A stretch of DNA of 64,000 nt from Mobula hypostoma (lineage: Eukaryota), in NCBI RefSeq assembly GCF_963921235.1, contig NC_086108.1, forward strand, positions 94,304,001 to 94,368,000. Reading direction: 5' to 3'. A program made the translations under genes and the position numbers. Under the pieces are notes generated by a model that saw only the letters and a list, made by a program, of their open reading frames with translations, did no database searches and had not been told where the DNA came from. Shown piece by piece: positions 37,332-49,436 of the stretch (positions are counted from its first letter, which is position 1; each line of letters opens with the position of its first letter).

Positions 37332-38329
37332 CATTATCACATCAATCCTATACAAGTGAAACAAAATCTATTGTCTTCAATTCTCCTTGCATTAAATATT
37401 TTTCTAATTGCCTGGAATATCTGCATATTAACCTTCAACGAATCTTGCACTTGGGCACTCAGGTCCAATTGGAATTCATTAAAGATTTTGATTTATTTAC
37501 CGAGAAGAAACTGTACCACAAGTTTAATAATGACCAAAAACTTGTTAATCATGAAAGATATTTTCATCTGTAAATGAACTGTACATATAATATTGAGATT
37601 TTAAACCTATTTTGTCGACTTATTATGCATACTTACAAGTAACTGCTTAAAATTTCAAAACTGCCACTTTCATTCTTCTCATAAGATCAAAAAGACTGTT
37701 AGCAAGAACATTAGTGTATAGTATAATAAAAAGTGTAAACCCTGTTAGTTATGATAGAATGGCAACCAAGCGAAGCAATGGAAGTATCAAATCACTCATT
37801 GCAAACAAACAGCTCATTGTGTTTGTGAACAGCATGGTCAGTCTTAGAGCAAATTGTTCCCAAATTTATTGCAGCCATCTAGAGTGCCTGCCACATACAA
37901 AGAATCAATTACATAAGATTATTTGGAACAGTAGAATCAATATTTAAGTTAATCTTTACTAAAAAGGCAAGCATTCTTCAATAAAGGATCCTTCTTAGCT
38001 GGTTTCTTTTTAAAATGTTTTTAAACTCTTCATGGAAAATTATACAAAGAAAATATTCAAAATTCAAATGTTAAATCTGCCAATATAGAAAAATCTGGAG
38101 AAAAACAAAACATTAAAACTCAAATGCTTTGAAAGTTTCTTTCAAAATATTTTGGTCTATACAGCATAGAACAGAACATATGTAAAATGGTACAGCACGG
38201 AAAAAGAAACTTCAGACCACTTGTCTGTGCTGACTTTGATTTTAATCTAACAAATTCCATATGCTTACATATAGGTCTGTATCATACTTGGTCATGCGCC
38301 TGTCTAGATGCCTCTTAGTGTGACTATTT

Positions 38330-38527
38330 TATTTGCCTTTACCTTCCCCCCTCACCTGAACTCAACTATTATCTGCCAACTTTTGCTTCTCCTCTTCCCC
38401 CCCCCCACCCCACCTTTTTATCCTCGCTTCTGTCCTCTTACTTTCCTGCCTGAAATATCAACTGTTCATTTCCTTCCATAGATATTGCCCGGCCCACTGA
38501 GTTCCTCTAGCATCTTGTGTGTTGCTA
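38330..38527 (+). mobile_element. Decayed Penelope 3' terminal fragment
   Basis: CCATAGATATTGCC..CTGAGTTCCTCTAGCATCTTGTGTGTTGCT resembles the other PLE termini. Confidence 0.55.
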
Positions 38528-38909
38528 AAACTTATATATGCTTTCTTTCTCTTTTTGATTAAACTTAAAATGTCTCGTATCTTCCAAGGTTCCAAACCTT
38601 GCCATTTGTACCTTTTATCTTTGCAGGAGGATGCTGGTCCTGAACTTCATCCAATAGCTTTTAAAGGACTCCCCATATCATACGTGAATTTACTCCAAAA
38701 TAGCCACCTGCAAACTAGTTTCTCCCCAACACTATTGTAATCCGTCTTCCTGCAATTTAGCATTGCCTCTCAAGGACCATCTTCTCCTTGTCCATAACTA
38801 TCTTAAAATTATGATCACAAACTTATGATCACTGAACTTTTCATCACCTGACCAGGCTCACCTCCTAGTACAAAGTCCGGTATGGCCACTTCTCTAGTTC
38901 ATCCATTTA

Positions 38910-40552
38910 CAGATGAAAGAAAAAGTCTGAACCCTTTGCTACTACATGGTTTTCTGCATTAATTACTCATAAAATGTGGTCCGATTTTCATCCAAGTCAG
39001 AATAATAGACAATCTGTCTAAACTAATAGCATGCAAACAATTGTCTAATCATTCAGAGTCCAGGCTGGAAAAGTATGTGAACCCTTGTATTTAATAACTG
39101 GTAGAACCTCCTTTAGCAGCAATAACCACCACCAAACATTTCCTGTAACTGCTGATCAGACTTGCACAATTTTAGACCATTCCTCCATAAGAAACTGTTT
39201 CAGTTCATCAATATTTCAGAATGAGCAGCCCTCTTCAATTGGGTTAGGTCTGGATTCGAGCTTGGCCATTCCAAAACACAAATTTTCTTCTTTTAAAAAC
39301 CTTGTTGTTGATTTACTCTTGTGTTTCGGATCACTGTCTTGTTGCATCATCCAACTTCTATTAAGCTTCAGGCCACTACCTTGACATTCTCCTGTAAAAT
39401 ATCTTGATATACTTTTGAATTCATTGTTCCCTCAATGATTGCAAGATGTCCAGGCCCTGAAGCAGCAAAGAAGCCCCAAACCACGACGCTCCTTCCACCA
39501 TGCTCCAGTCCTGCTGAAGAGTCTCGGCCTGAAACATCAACTGTACTCAATTCCATAGATGCTGCCTGGCCTGCTTGAGTTCCTCCAGCATTTAGTGTGT
39601 GTTGTTCACAGTTAAGATGAGGTTTTGGTGTTGGTGTGCAGTGCCCTTTTTCCTCCAAACAGTGACAGGCATTTCTGCCAAAAAGTTCAACTTTTGTCTC
39701 ATCTGTCCACAGAACATTGTCCCAGAAACACTGTGGAACATCCAGGTGGTCTTTTGCAAACTTGAATTGCCCAGCAATATTATTATTATTATTTTTTTTT
39801 AAAGAGAGCAGTAGTTTCCTCCATGATGTCCTTCCATGAATACCATTCTTGTTCAGTGTTTTTCTTATAGTCAACATGTAAACAGAGCCTTTAGCAAGTT
39901 TTAGAGATTTCTGCAGGTGTTTTGCTGTTACCCTTGTGTTCTTTTTCACCTTCTTCAACATTGCATGTTGTGCTCTTGGTGTCATCTTTTCAGGAAGCTT
40001 ACTCCTAGGGAGAGTAGCAACGGTACTGAATTTCCTCCATATGTGGACAATTTCTCTTACTTTAGACTGATGAACACTCAGGCCTTTAGGAATGCTTTTG
40101 TAGCCCTTTACAGCTTCATGCATCTCTACAATTCATCTTCTAAGGTCCTCTGAAAGCTGTTTTGAATGAGGCATCTTGCACGGAAAAAGATCTTTCTTGA
40201 GAACAGCAGGCTCTGTCAGTAACCTGACTTTGTGTGTCTTTTTTTAAAAATAAGGCAGTGTACCTCTGCAATTCACAGCTCCAATCTCATTTCATTGATT
40301 GGAACACCTGACTCCAAATAGCTTTTGAAGAAGGCATTACCTCAGAGGTTCACATACTTTTTTGAACCTAGACTGTGATTGTTTAAATGCACTCAGTTTT
40401 AATGAGAAGTAGTACAATTGTTTGTGTTTTTATGAGTTTAACAGATCGTGTTTGTCTATTAATAAATCATAGATGAAGATCAGACCATATTTTATAAGTA
40501 ATTAATGCAGAAACCAGGTAAATGTAAAGGGTTCACAAACTAATTGCAACTG
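38910..40552 (-). mobile_element. Tc1-like transposon with ~200-bp IR/DR-type TIRs, decayed transposase
   Basis: TA|CAG...CTG|TA; inner and outer AAAAGT..TGAACCCT repeats; GYKSI, VLWTDETKVELFG, HGGRSVVVWGFF; sits in an old CR1 APE remnant (~38535-40930). Confidence 0.92.
39506..39602 (+). mobile_element. Short Penelope terminal fragment inserted in the Tc1 transposase
   Basis: CAGTCCTGCTGAAGAGTCTCGGCCTGAAACATCAACTG (mutated hammerhead) interrupts the transposase just before HGG. Confidence 0.8.
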
Positions 40553-40979
40553 TACATATTATTTCAAGAAACTCTCCTGGATGCACCCAAGTTCTGCCTC
40601 GTCTAAGCCCCTGCACAAAGAGTCCCAGATATTACTTGGGCAATTAAAATTACACATTACATAAACCTGTTATTTTAACATCGTTCCATCATTGGCCTGC
40701 ATGCCAGTTTCTCTATCGCCCAGTGACTACTGGGATGCCCATCATAGTGACTGCACCTTTCATACTTCTGAGTTCAACCTCTTTGGTCTTGCTAGATGAA
40801 CCCTCCAAGATTTTCTAAGTTCAGTTGTGATATAATCCCTAATCAGTAACGAAATATCTCCCACCCCTTATCAAGTCTGAAACAGCTAAGCCCTGGAACA
40901 CTGAATGGCCACAATCAAATTTCGGCAATGGTTACACAACACAGTTCTGACAAAATAGTCACTCAGCACACCATCTTAC

Positions 40980-41095
40980 CTTAACTGTTTTGCATAGCTT
41001 TGCTCTATGTCAAGTCTCTCTTTAACAAATTTAGTATATTTTTCCAAGAAGTCAATTCCCCATTGTGTGTGTTTCTCTATGTTGTCAAATTGATC
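40980..41095 (-). CDS. FNBP1L: FNBP1L exon 2 (116 nt): [38 protein letters not shown](R)
   Basis: Manual minus-strand translation matches the recalled N-terminal F-BAR sequence of FNBP1L/TOCA-1; tttTAG acceptor, GTAAGA donor; phase 0 to 2. Confidence 0.96.
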
Positions 41096-41250
41096 CTAAA
41101 AGTAAAACAAAAGAAGTATTAGTCCCAGCATTAGTCCCGGCATTACTGTCAGCTTCAAACATGAACGATAGTGTAGTAATTCACTACATACCTTCAGATT
41201 TTGAACAGCCACAAACAGATCATGAGGAAAAATACAACATTACTTTCATA

Positions 41251-41427
41251 CACAAACAACAGGAATTCTGCAGATGCTGGAAATTCAAGCAACACACATC
41301 AAAGTTGCTGGTGAACGCAGCAGGCCAGGCAGCATCTCTAGGAAGAGGTGCAGTCGACGTCAACTGCACCTCTTCCTACAGATGCTGCCTGGCCTGCTGC
41401 ATTCACCAGCAACTTTGATGTGTGTTG
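41251..41427. mobile_element. Penelope-derived fold-back (hairpin) insertion
   Basis: 70-bp arms 41289-41358 / 41359-41428 with 3 mismatches; TSD CATTACTTTCATA (41238-41250 / 41428-41440). Confidence 0.9.
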
Positions 41428-41484
41428 CATTACTTTCATATATTTGAATTTGTAAGCATCAAAAAATGTTTAAAATATAGTTTC

Positions 41485-42150
41485 AGAATCAGGTTTATTA
41501 TCACCAGCATGTGTTAACTTAGCAGCACACATAATACAGAAAGAAAGAAAATAAATAAATAAATAAAATTTAAAATAGAGCAAAGACCGAAATAATATAT
41601 ATTTTAAAAAAAGTGATGTAATGTTCATGGGTTCAATGTCCATTTAGGAATCATAGGGCAGAGGGGAAGAAGCTGTTCCTGAATCACTGAGTGTGTGCCT
41701 TCAGGCTTCTGTACCTCCTTCTTGATGAAAACAATGAGAAAAAGGCATATCCTGAGTGGTGGATGTCCTTAAAGATAGACACTGTCTTCCCAAGGCACTG
41801 CTCTTTGAAGGCATCTTGGATACTACGGAGGCTAGTACCCAAGATGGAGCTGACTAATTTTACAAACTTCTGCAGCTTCTTTCCATCCTGTGCAGTATCC
41901 CACTTCCACCCCACCACCCACCTCCATACCAGACAGCAATGCAGCCTGTCAGAATGCTCTCCACTGTACATCTATAGTCGTTTGAGTGTTATAGTTTCAA
42001 ACCAACTCCTAAGGAAACAAAGCCACTGTCTTGCCTTCTTTGTAGCTGCATTGATAGTTGGGACCAGATTAGATCCTCAGCTATCTCAACACTCACGAAC
42101 TTTAAATTACTCACTCTCTGCACCACTGATCCCTCTATGAGGATTGGTTT
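41485..42150 (-). mobile_element. Rex/Babar LINE 3' fragment
   Basis: IEGSVVQRVSNLKFV, KKLQKFVKLVSSILG, RRYRSLKAHT. Confidence 0.8.
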
Positions 42151-42779
42151 CTTTTGAAATGTAACAGAAAAATGCAACAGCTCCATACAGATAACAGAAC
42201 AATAATGGACAGGAATGGAAAATATATATCATGGCTAAGATTAAATTTCTACCAAAAAACTCTATTCAAACTGTTACTTATAGCAATATGGAAAATAAAG
42301 CTTTTGGCACCAATCTATTCTAGCTATATTGGCCCCTTCAAATATTATGCTTTGCTGCATCACTTTATAGTGAGTTTTTAAAATGCCACACTCCAGTCTG
42401 AAAATTAGTTTTATTCAGAATTTTATTTCCTCAAATACAACCCAGAAGTACAATGAATTTTAAAATCAAAGCCTTTTAATACATAATCCAAGATCCCTCC
42501 CCCCCCATTTTCTCATCTCCCCTCTTCCAATGACAGAAGATAAAGTCAGAAAGCCACAAAGCAAGGCTCAAGAACAACTTCTATCTCACTGTCATGTGAC
42601 GACTAAATGTACAATAAAGTTGGGATCTTGACTTCACAATCTACCTTGTTATGATCTTGCACCTCTTGTTTACCTGCACGTCACTTTCTCTGTCACTGTT
42701 ACACCTTATTCTGCACTGTTATTTTTTTTTTAAACTTATTCTACCTTAATTCTTTGTGTAATGATTTGACTTGGTCATT

Positions 42780-43645
42780 CACAGAACACTACAACACAGA
42801 AACAGGCCTTTTGGCCCATGCTCTTCAGCCTGGTCCCATCAATCTGTCCCAGACCATTGCCCTCCAAACCACTCCCATCCACGTCCAATCCAACTTTCTC
42901 TTATATGTTGACACTGAACACACACCCACCACTTACACTAGCATCTTGTTCCATACTCTTACCACCCTGAGTGAACAAATTCCCCTAAAATAAATTTCAC
43001 CCTTCACCCTTAACCTCTAGTTCTAGTCTCACCCAACCTCAGGGTCAATGCAAGCAAGTTTTTTCCACTATCTATACCTCTCATAATTTTTTAATACCTC
43101 TACAAATAAAATCTCCCCTGATGCTCCTATGCGCTGAGGAATAAAGTCCTAACCTATTTAACCTTTCCCCAAAACTCAGGTCCTCAAGTCCTGGCAACAC
43201 CCTTGTAAATTCTCTCTTTTCAATCTTATTGATAACTTTCCTGTAGGTAGGTGACCAGAAATGCACACAATGCTCCAAATTATGCCTCACCAACATCTTA
43301 TACAACTTCAACATAACACCCCATCTCCTGTACTCAATACTTTGATTTATGAAGGCCATTGTACAAAAAGGGCCATTCTTTTTGACCTTATCTACCTGTG
43401 ATGCCACTTCCAAGGAATTCTGCATCTGCATTCTCAGATCCCTCTATTGTACCACACTCCTCAGTGCCCTACCAATCACCTTGCAAGCCCTACCCTAGGG
43501 TGTCCTCCCAAAGTGCAATACCTCTTATACGACTGCCATGAATTCCATCTGCCATTTTTCAGCCCATTTTTCTGGCTGTAGCAGATCCCGCTGCAAGCTT
43601 AGAGAGTCTTCCTCACTGTCTACTACTCCCCATTCTTCATGTCAT
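42780..43645 (-). mobile_element. CR1 3' fragment
   Basis: LYKMLVRHNLEHCVHFWSP, RLNRLGLYS. Confidence 0.85.
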
Positions 43646-44035
43646 CTGTATAAACAGTATGCAAGACAACGTTTTCACTGTATCGCAGTACATGCAACAA
43701 TAATAAACCAGTTCCAATTCAATTTTAATTTATTATTCTGCTTCGACCATAATCCTAGATAGTCTGACTGTCACTTTAGAAATAAATGTTTTGTACTATA
43801 CTCTGGTTAGGAATGATGTGTTATTCATAAGAACACATCTAAACAACTCTTTAAGACAGAATGCCTAAAATGACTTCCACTTTTAACTGTTGGCAAGTAC
43901 ACCCTCTCAACTTTCTCTAAAGATCTACGGAAAACAGGTCACACAACGGTACAGCGATGGCCAGAACAAGATGGTGAAATAGAGCCAGTGAACCTGCCAA
44001 CCCCAAGGATTCCTTGAGGTGTTCAAAGTCACAGG

Positions 44036-47000
44036 TCATGGGTCAGGTCATAGACCTCTCAGTGGGTGAGCATCTGGGGGACAGTGACCACCGCTCCCTG
44101 GCCTTTAACATCATCATGGAAAAGGATAGAACCACAGAGGACAAGAAAATTTTTAATTGGAGAAGGGCAAATTATGAGGCTATAAGGCTAGAACTTGCAG
44201 GCGTGAATTGGGGTGAAGTTTTTGCAGGGAAATGTACTATGGACATGTAGTCGATGTTTAGGGATCTCTTGCAGGATGTTAGGGATAAATTTGTCCCGGT
44301 AAGGAAGATAAAGAATGGTAGAGTGAAGGAACCATGGGTGACAAGTGAGGTGGAGCATCTAGTCAGGTGGAAGAAGGCAGCATACATGAGGTTTAGGAAG
44401 CAAGATGGGGTTATTGAGGAATATAGGATAGCAAGAAAGGAGCTTAAGAAGGGGCTGAGGAGAGCAAGAAAGGGGCATGAGAAGGCCTTGGCGAGTAGGA
44501 TAAAGTAAAACCCCCAAGGCATTCTTCAATTATGTGAAGAACAAAAGGATGACAGGAGTGAAGAGAGGACCAATTAGAGATAAAGGTGGGAAGATGTGCC
44601 TGGAGGCGGTAGAAATGAGCGAGGTCCTCAATGAATACTTCTCTTCGGTATTCACCAATGAGAGGGAACTTGATGACGGTGAGGACAATACCAGTGAGGT
44701 TGATGTTCTGGAGCATGTTGATATTAAGGGAGAGGACATGTTGGAGTTGTTAAAATACATTAGGATGGATAAGTCCCCAGGCTGCTCCACAAGGCAAGGG
44801 AAGAGATTGCTGAGACTCTGGCTCGGATCTTTATGTCCTCGTTGTCCACAGGAATGGTACTGGAGGATTGGAGGGAGGCGAATGTGGTCCCCTTGTTCAA
44901 AAAAGGTAGTAGGGATAGTCCAGGTAATTATAGACCAGTGAGCCATAAGCCTGTGGTGGGAAAGCTGTTGGAAAAGATTCATAGAGACGGGATCTATGGG
45001 CATTTAGAGAATCATGGTCTGATCAAGGACAGTCAGCATGGCTTTGTGAAGGGCAGATCGTGCCTAATAATTATTAGCCTGATAGATTTCTTTGAGGAAG
45101 TGACCAGGCATATAGGTGAGGGTAGTGCAGTGGATGTGATCTACATGGATTTTAGTAAGGCATTTGACAAGGTTCCACATGGTAGGCTTATTCAGAAAGT
45201 CAGAAGGCATGGGATCCAGGGAAGTTTGGCCAGGTGGATTCAAAATTGGCTTGCCTGCAGAAAGCAGGGGGTCATGGTAGGGGAGTACATTCAGATTGGA
45301 GGGCTGTGACTAGTGGTGCCCCACAAGGATCGGTTCTGGGACCTCTACTTTTCGTGATTTTTATTAACGACCTGGATGTGGGGGTAGAAGGGTGGGTTGG
45401 CAAATTTGCAGACGACACAAAAGTTGGATAGTGTAGAGGATTGTCGCAGATTGCAGAGAGACATTGATAGGATGCAGAAGTGGGCTGACAAGTGGCAGAT
45501 GGAGTTCAACCCGGAGAAGTGTGAGGTGGTACACTTTGGAAGGACAAACTCCAAGGCAGAGTACAAAGTAAATGGCAGGACACTTGGTAGTGTGGAGGAG
45601 CAGAGGCATCTGGTGGTACATGTCCACAGATCCCTGAAAGTTGTCTCATAGGTAGATAGGGTAGTTACGAAAGCTTATGGAGTGTTAGCTTTCATAAGTC
45701 GAGGGATAGAGTTTAAGAGTCGCGGAATAATGAGGCAGCTCTATAAAACTCTGGTTAGGCCACACGTGGAGTACTGTATCCAGTTCTAGTCGCCTCACTA
45801 TATAGGAAGGATGTGGAAGCATTGGAAAGGGTAGAGAGGAGATTTACCTGGATGCTGCCTGGTTTAGAGGGTATGCATTATGATCAGAGATTAAGGGAGC
45901 TAGGACTTTACTCTTTGGAGGGAAGGAGACCGAGAGGAGACATGGCAAGCATTTAAAGATCGCATGGATGAACTACAACAATTGTTCATCCCAGTTTGGC
46001 AAAAGAATAAACCAGGGAAGGTAGTGCACCTGTGGCTGACAAGGGAAATTAGGGGTAGTATCAATTCCAAAGAAGAAACATACAAATTAGCCAGAAAAAG
46101 CGGCACACCTGAGGACTGGGAGAAATTCAGAGTCCAGCAGAGGAGGACAAAGGGCTTAATTAGGAAAGAGAAAAAGATTATGAGAGAAAGCTGGCAGGGA
46201 ACATAAAAACTGACTGTAAAAGCTTTTATAAATATGTGAAAAGAAAAAAGATTGGTTAAGACAAATGTAGGTCCCTTACAGTCAGAAACAGGTGAATTGA
46301 TCATGGGGAACAAGGACATGGCAGACCAATTGAATAACTACTTTGGTTCTGTCTTCACTAAGGAGGACATAAATAATCTTCCGGAAATAGTAGGGGACAG
46401 AGGGTCTAGAGAGATGGAGGAACTGAGGGAAATACATGTTAGTAGGGAAGTGGTGTTAGGTAAATTGAAGGGATTAAAGGCAGATAAATCCCCAGGGTCA
46501 GATGGTCTGCATCCCAGAGTGCTTAAGGAAGTAGCCCAAAAAATAGTGGATGCATTGGTGATAATGTTTCAAAACTCTTTAAGTTCTGGACTAGTTCCTG
46601 AGGATTGCAGGGTGGCTAATGTAACCCCACTTTTTAAAAGGAGGGAGAGAGAAACCGGGGAATTATAGACCGGTTAGCCTGACATCGGTGGTGGGGAAAA
46701 TGCTAGAGTCAGTTATCAAAGATAACAGCACATTTGGAAAGCAGTGAAATCATCGGACAAAGTCAGCATGGATTTGTGAAAGGAAAATCATGTCTGATGA
46801 ATCTCAGAATTTTTTGAGGATGTAACTAGTAGAGTGGATAGGGGAGAACCAGTGGATGTGGTATATTTGGATTTTCAAAAGACTTTTGACAAGGTCCCAC
46901 ACAGGAGATTAGTGTGCAAACTTAAAGCACACGGTATTGGGGGTATGGTATTGATGCGGATAGAGAATTGGTTGGCAGACAGGAAGCAAAAGTGGGAATA

Positions 47001-48378
47001 AACGGGACCTTTTCAGAATGGCAGGCAGTGACTAGTGAGGTACCGCAAGGCTCAGTACTGGGACCCCAGCTGTTTACAATATATATTAATGACTTAGACG
47101 AGGGAATTAAATGCAGCATCTCCAAGTTTGCAGATGACATGAAGCTGGGCGGCAGTGTTAGCTGTGAGGAGGATGCTCAGAGGATGCAGGGTGACTTGGA
47201 TAGGTTAGGTGAGTGGGCAAATTCATGACAGATGCAATTTAATGTGGATAAATGTGAGGTTATCCACTTTGGTGGCAAAAACAGGAAAACAGATTATTAA
47301 CTGAATGGTGGCCGATGAGGAAAAGGGGAGGTACAACAAGACCTGGGTGTCATTATACACCAGTCATTGAAAGTGGGCATGCAGGTACAGCAGGTGGTGA
47401 AAAAGGCGAATGGTATGCTGGCATTCATAGCAAGAGGATTCGAGTACAGGAGCAGGGAGGTACTGCTGCAGTTGTACAAGGTGAGACCACACCTGGAGTA
47501 CTGGGTGCAGTTTTGGTCCCCTAATCTGAGGAAAGACGTTCTTGCCATAGAGGGAGTACAAAGAAGGTTCACCAGATTGATTCCTGGGATGGCAGGACTT
47601 TCATATGATGAAAGACTGGATCGACTAGGCTTATACTCACTGGAATTTAGAAGATTGAGGGGGGATCTGATTGAATCATAAAAAATTCTAAAGGGATTGG
47701 ACAGGCTAGACACAGGAAGATTGTTCCCGATGTTGGGGAAGTCCAGAACGAGGAGTCACAGTTTGAGTATAAAGGGGTAGCCTTTTAGGACCGAGATGAG
47801 GAAAAACTTCTTCACACAGAGTGGTGAATCTGTGGAATTCTCTGCCACAGGAAACAGTTGGGGCCAGTTCATTGGCTGTATTTAAGAGGGAGGTAGATAT
47901 GGCCCTTGTGACTAAAGGGATCGGGGGTATGGAGAGAAGGCAGATACAGGGTTCTGAGTTGGATGATCAGCCATGATCATACTGAATGGCGGTGCAGGCT
48001 CGAATGGCCGAATGATCTACTCCTGCACCTATTTTCTATGTTTCTATGATGGAGGTATACAAGATATTAAGAGGAACAGATAGAGTGGACAGCCAGCACC
48101 TCTTCCCCAGGGCACCACTGCTCAATACAAGAGGACATGGCTTTAAGGTAAGGGGTGGGAAGTTCAAGGGGGATATTAGAGGAAGGTTTTTTACTCAGAG
48201 AGTGGTTGGTGCGTGGAATGCACTGCCTGAGTCAGTGGTGGAGGCAGATACACAGAGACTACTAGACAAGTATATGGAGGAATTTAAGGTGGGGGGTTCT
48301 ATGGGAGGCAGGGTTTAAGGGCCAGCACAACATTGTGGGCCAAAGGGCCTGTACGGTGCTGTACTGTTCTATGTTCTA
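44036..48378 (+). mobile_element. CR1 copy A (44036-45944 and 48049-48378) interrupted by CR1 copy B
   Basis: GDSDHRSL, NYRPVS, YMDFSKAFDKVPH; RGDM|MEVYKIL continues across the insertion. Confidence 0.92.
45945..48048 (+). mobile_element. CR1 copy B, different subfamily
   Basis: [31 protein letters not shown]; tail TTTCTATGTTTCTATG. Confidence 0.92.
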
Positions 48379-49270
48379 AAGTGACCTCAGCTTAATATGT
48401 GTGCTCAAGAACCATCTTTGGAGATTATGAGACCATGGTTGAATTTTTGATCAAAGTCAACAAAAGCTTGGAAAACAAAACTGACTGAACTTCTACATGG
48501 AGATGTGACATATCTAGCCAATCTGTATGACAAAATGAACATTATAAATATGACACTGCAGGATGAGAAATTCAATTTAATCCAGGCAAAAAGTGCAGTG
48601 TCCACTTTTATTGGCAAACTGGAAATATAAGCAAAACACTGGGAGAAGAAGGTTCTTGCAGTTTCTCTGCATGGTAAGTATGGCACTCTCTTTCACAGAT
48701 GGTGATTTGCAGTCACTGAAGGATTTTCAGAATCGATTCAAGGATTTGAATGACCTGGAAATTCCAGACTGGGTAATTAACCCATTTTTTTTTTTGCAGG
48801 GTGGAAGAACAAGAAGAGAGCTTGCAAGAAGAAATTATCGGAATTCAAAATGAAGAAGCAAAAATGCTTTTCAAAATTGTCAGATGTTATGGTATGTGGC
48901 TGCACTGTCCTACGTAGTTTCCGGGTCCTTGGAGAAGAGCCAAACTGCTCTTCATTGCATTTCCATCCTCCTACTTTGTTGAAAGAGGCATCAGTGCAGT
49001 GAACCACATACCCACAAAAAACAGAAACCACTTGGACATTAAGCGCAGGGACTTAAGTCTATGGGTATCAAAACTTGAACCAGATATTTCAGCTAAAAGC
49101 CATCTAGCTCAGAGATCACATTGATTTTGAAGCTGCTGTACAGCACACAGGTACTGTGTAAACTAGGTTTAAAGACAAATACAAATTTAAAGCAGAAAAA
49201 TATATGGTAGACATGTTTCAAAGTTGCTGGTGAACGCAGCAGGCCAGGCAGCATCTGTAGGAAGAGGCGC

Positions 49271-49306
49271 AGTAGACGTTTCAGGCCGAGACCCTTCGTC
49301 AGGACT
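49271..49306 (-). ncRNA. Minimal hammerhead motif with a helix I mismatch
   Basis: AGUC-CUGACGA-AGG(GUCUCGG)CCU-GAAAC-GUC^UACU. Confidence 0.65.
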
Positions 49307-49400
49307 AACTGAAGGAAGAGTGAGTAAGGGATTTGATAAGTAGATGCATCTCCCCCTCCCCCTCCAGCTTTCAAATCCCTTACTCACTCTTCCTTCAGTT

Positions 49401-49436
49401 AGTCCTGACGAAGGGTCTCAGCCTGAAACGTCGACT
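49401..49436 (+). ncRNA. Minimal type I hammerhead ribozyme motif (intact core)
   Basis: AGUC-CUGACGA-AGG(GUCUCAG)CCU-GAAAC-GUC^GACU: helix I AGUC/GACU, helix II AGG/CCU, palindromic ACGU in place of helix III. Confidence 0.8.

Noticed and set aside
39368..40123. Functional Tc1 transposase
   Set aside because: Frameshifted, interrupted by a Penelope fragment, and the later catalytic region is deleted
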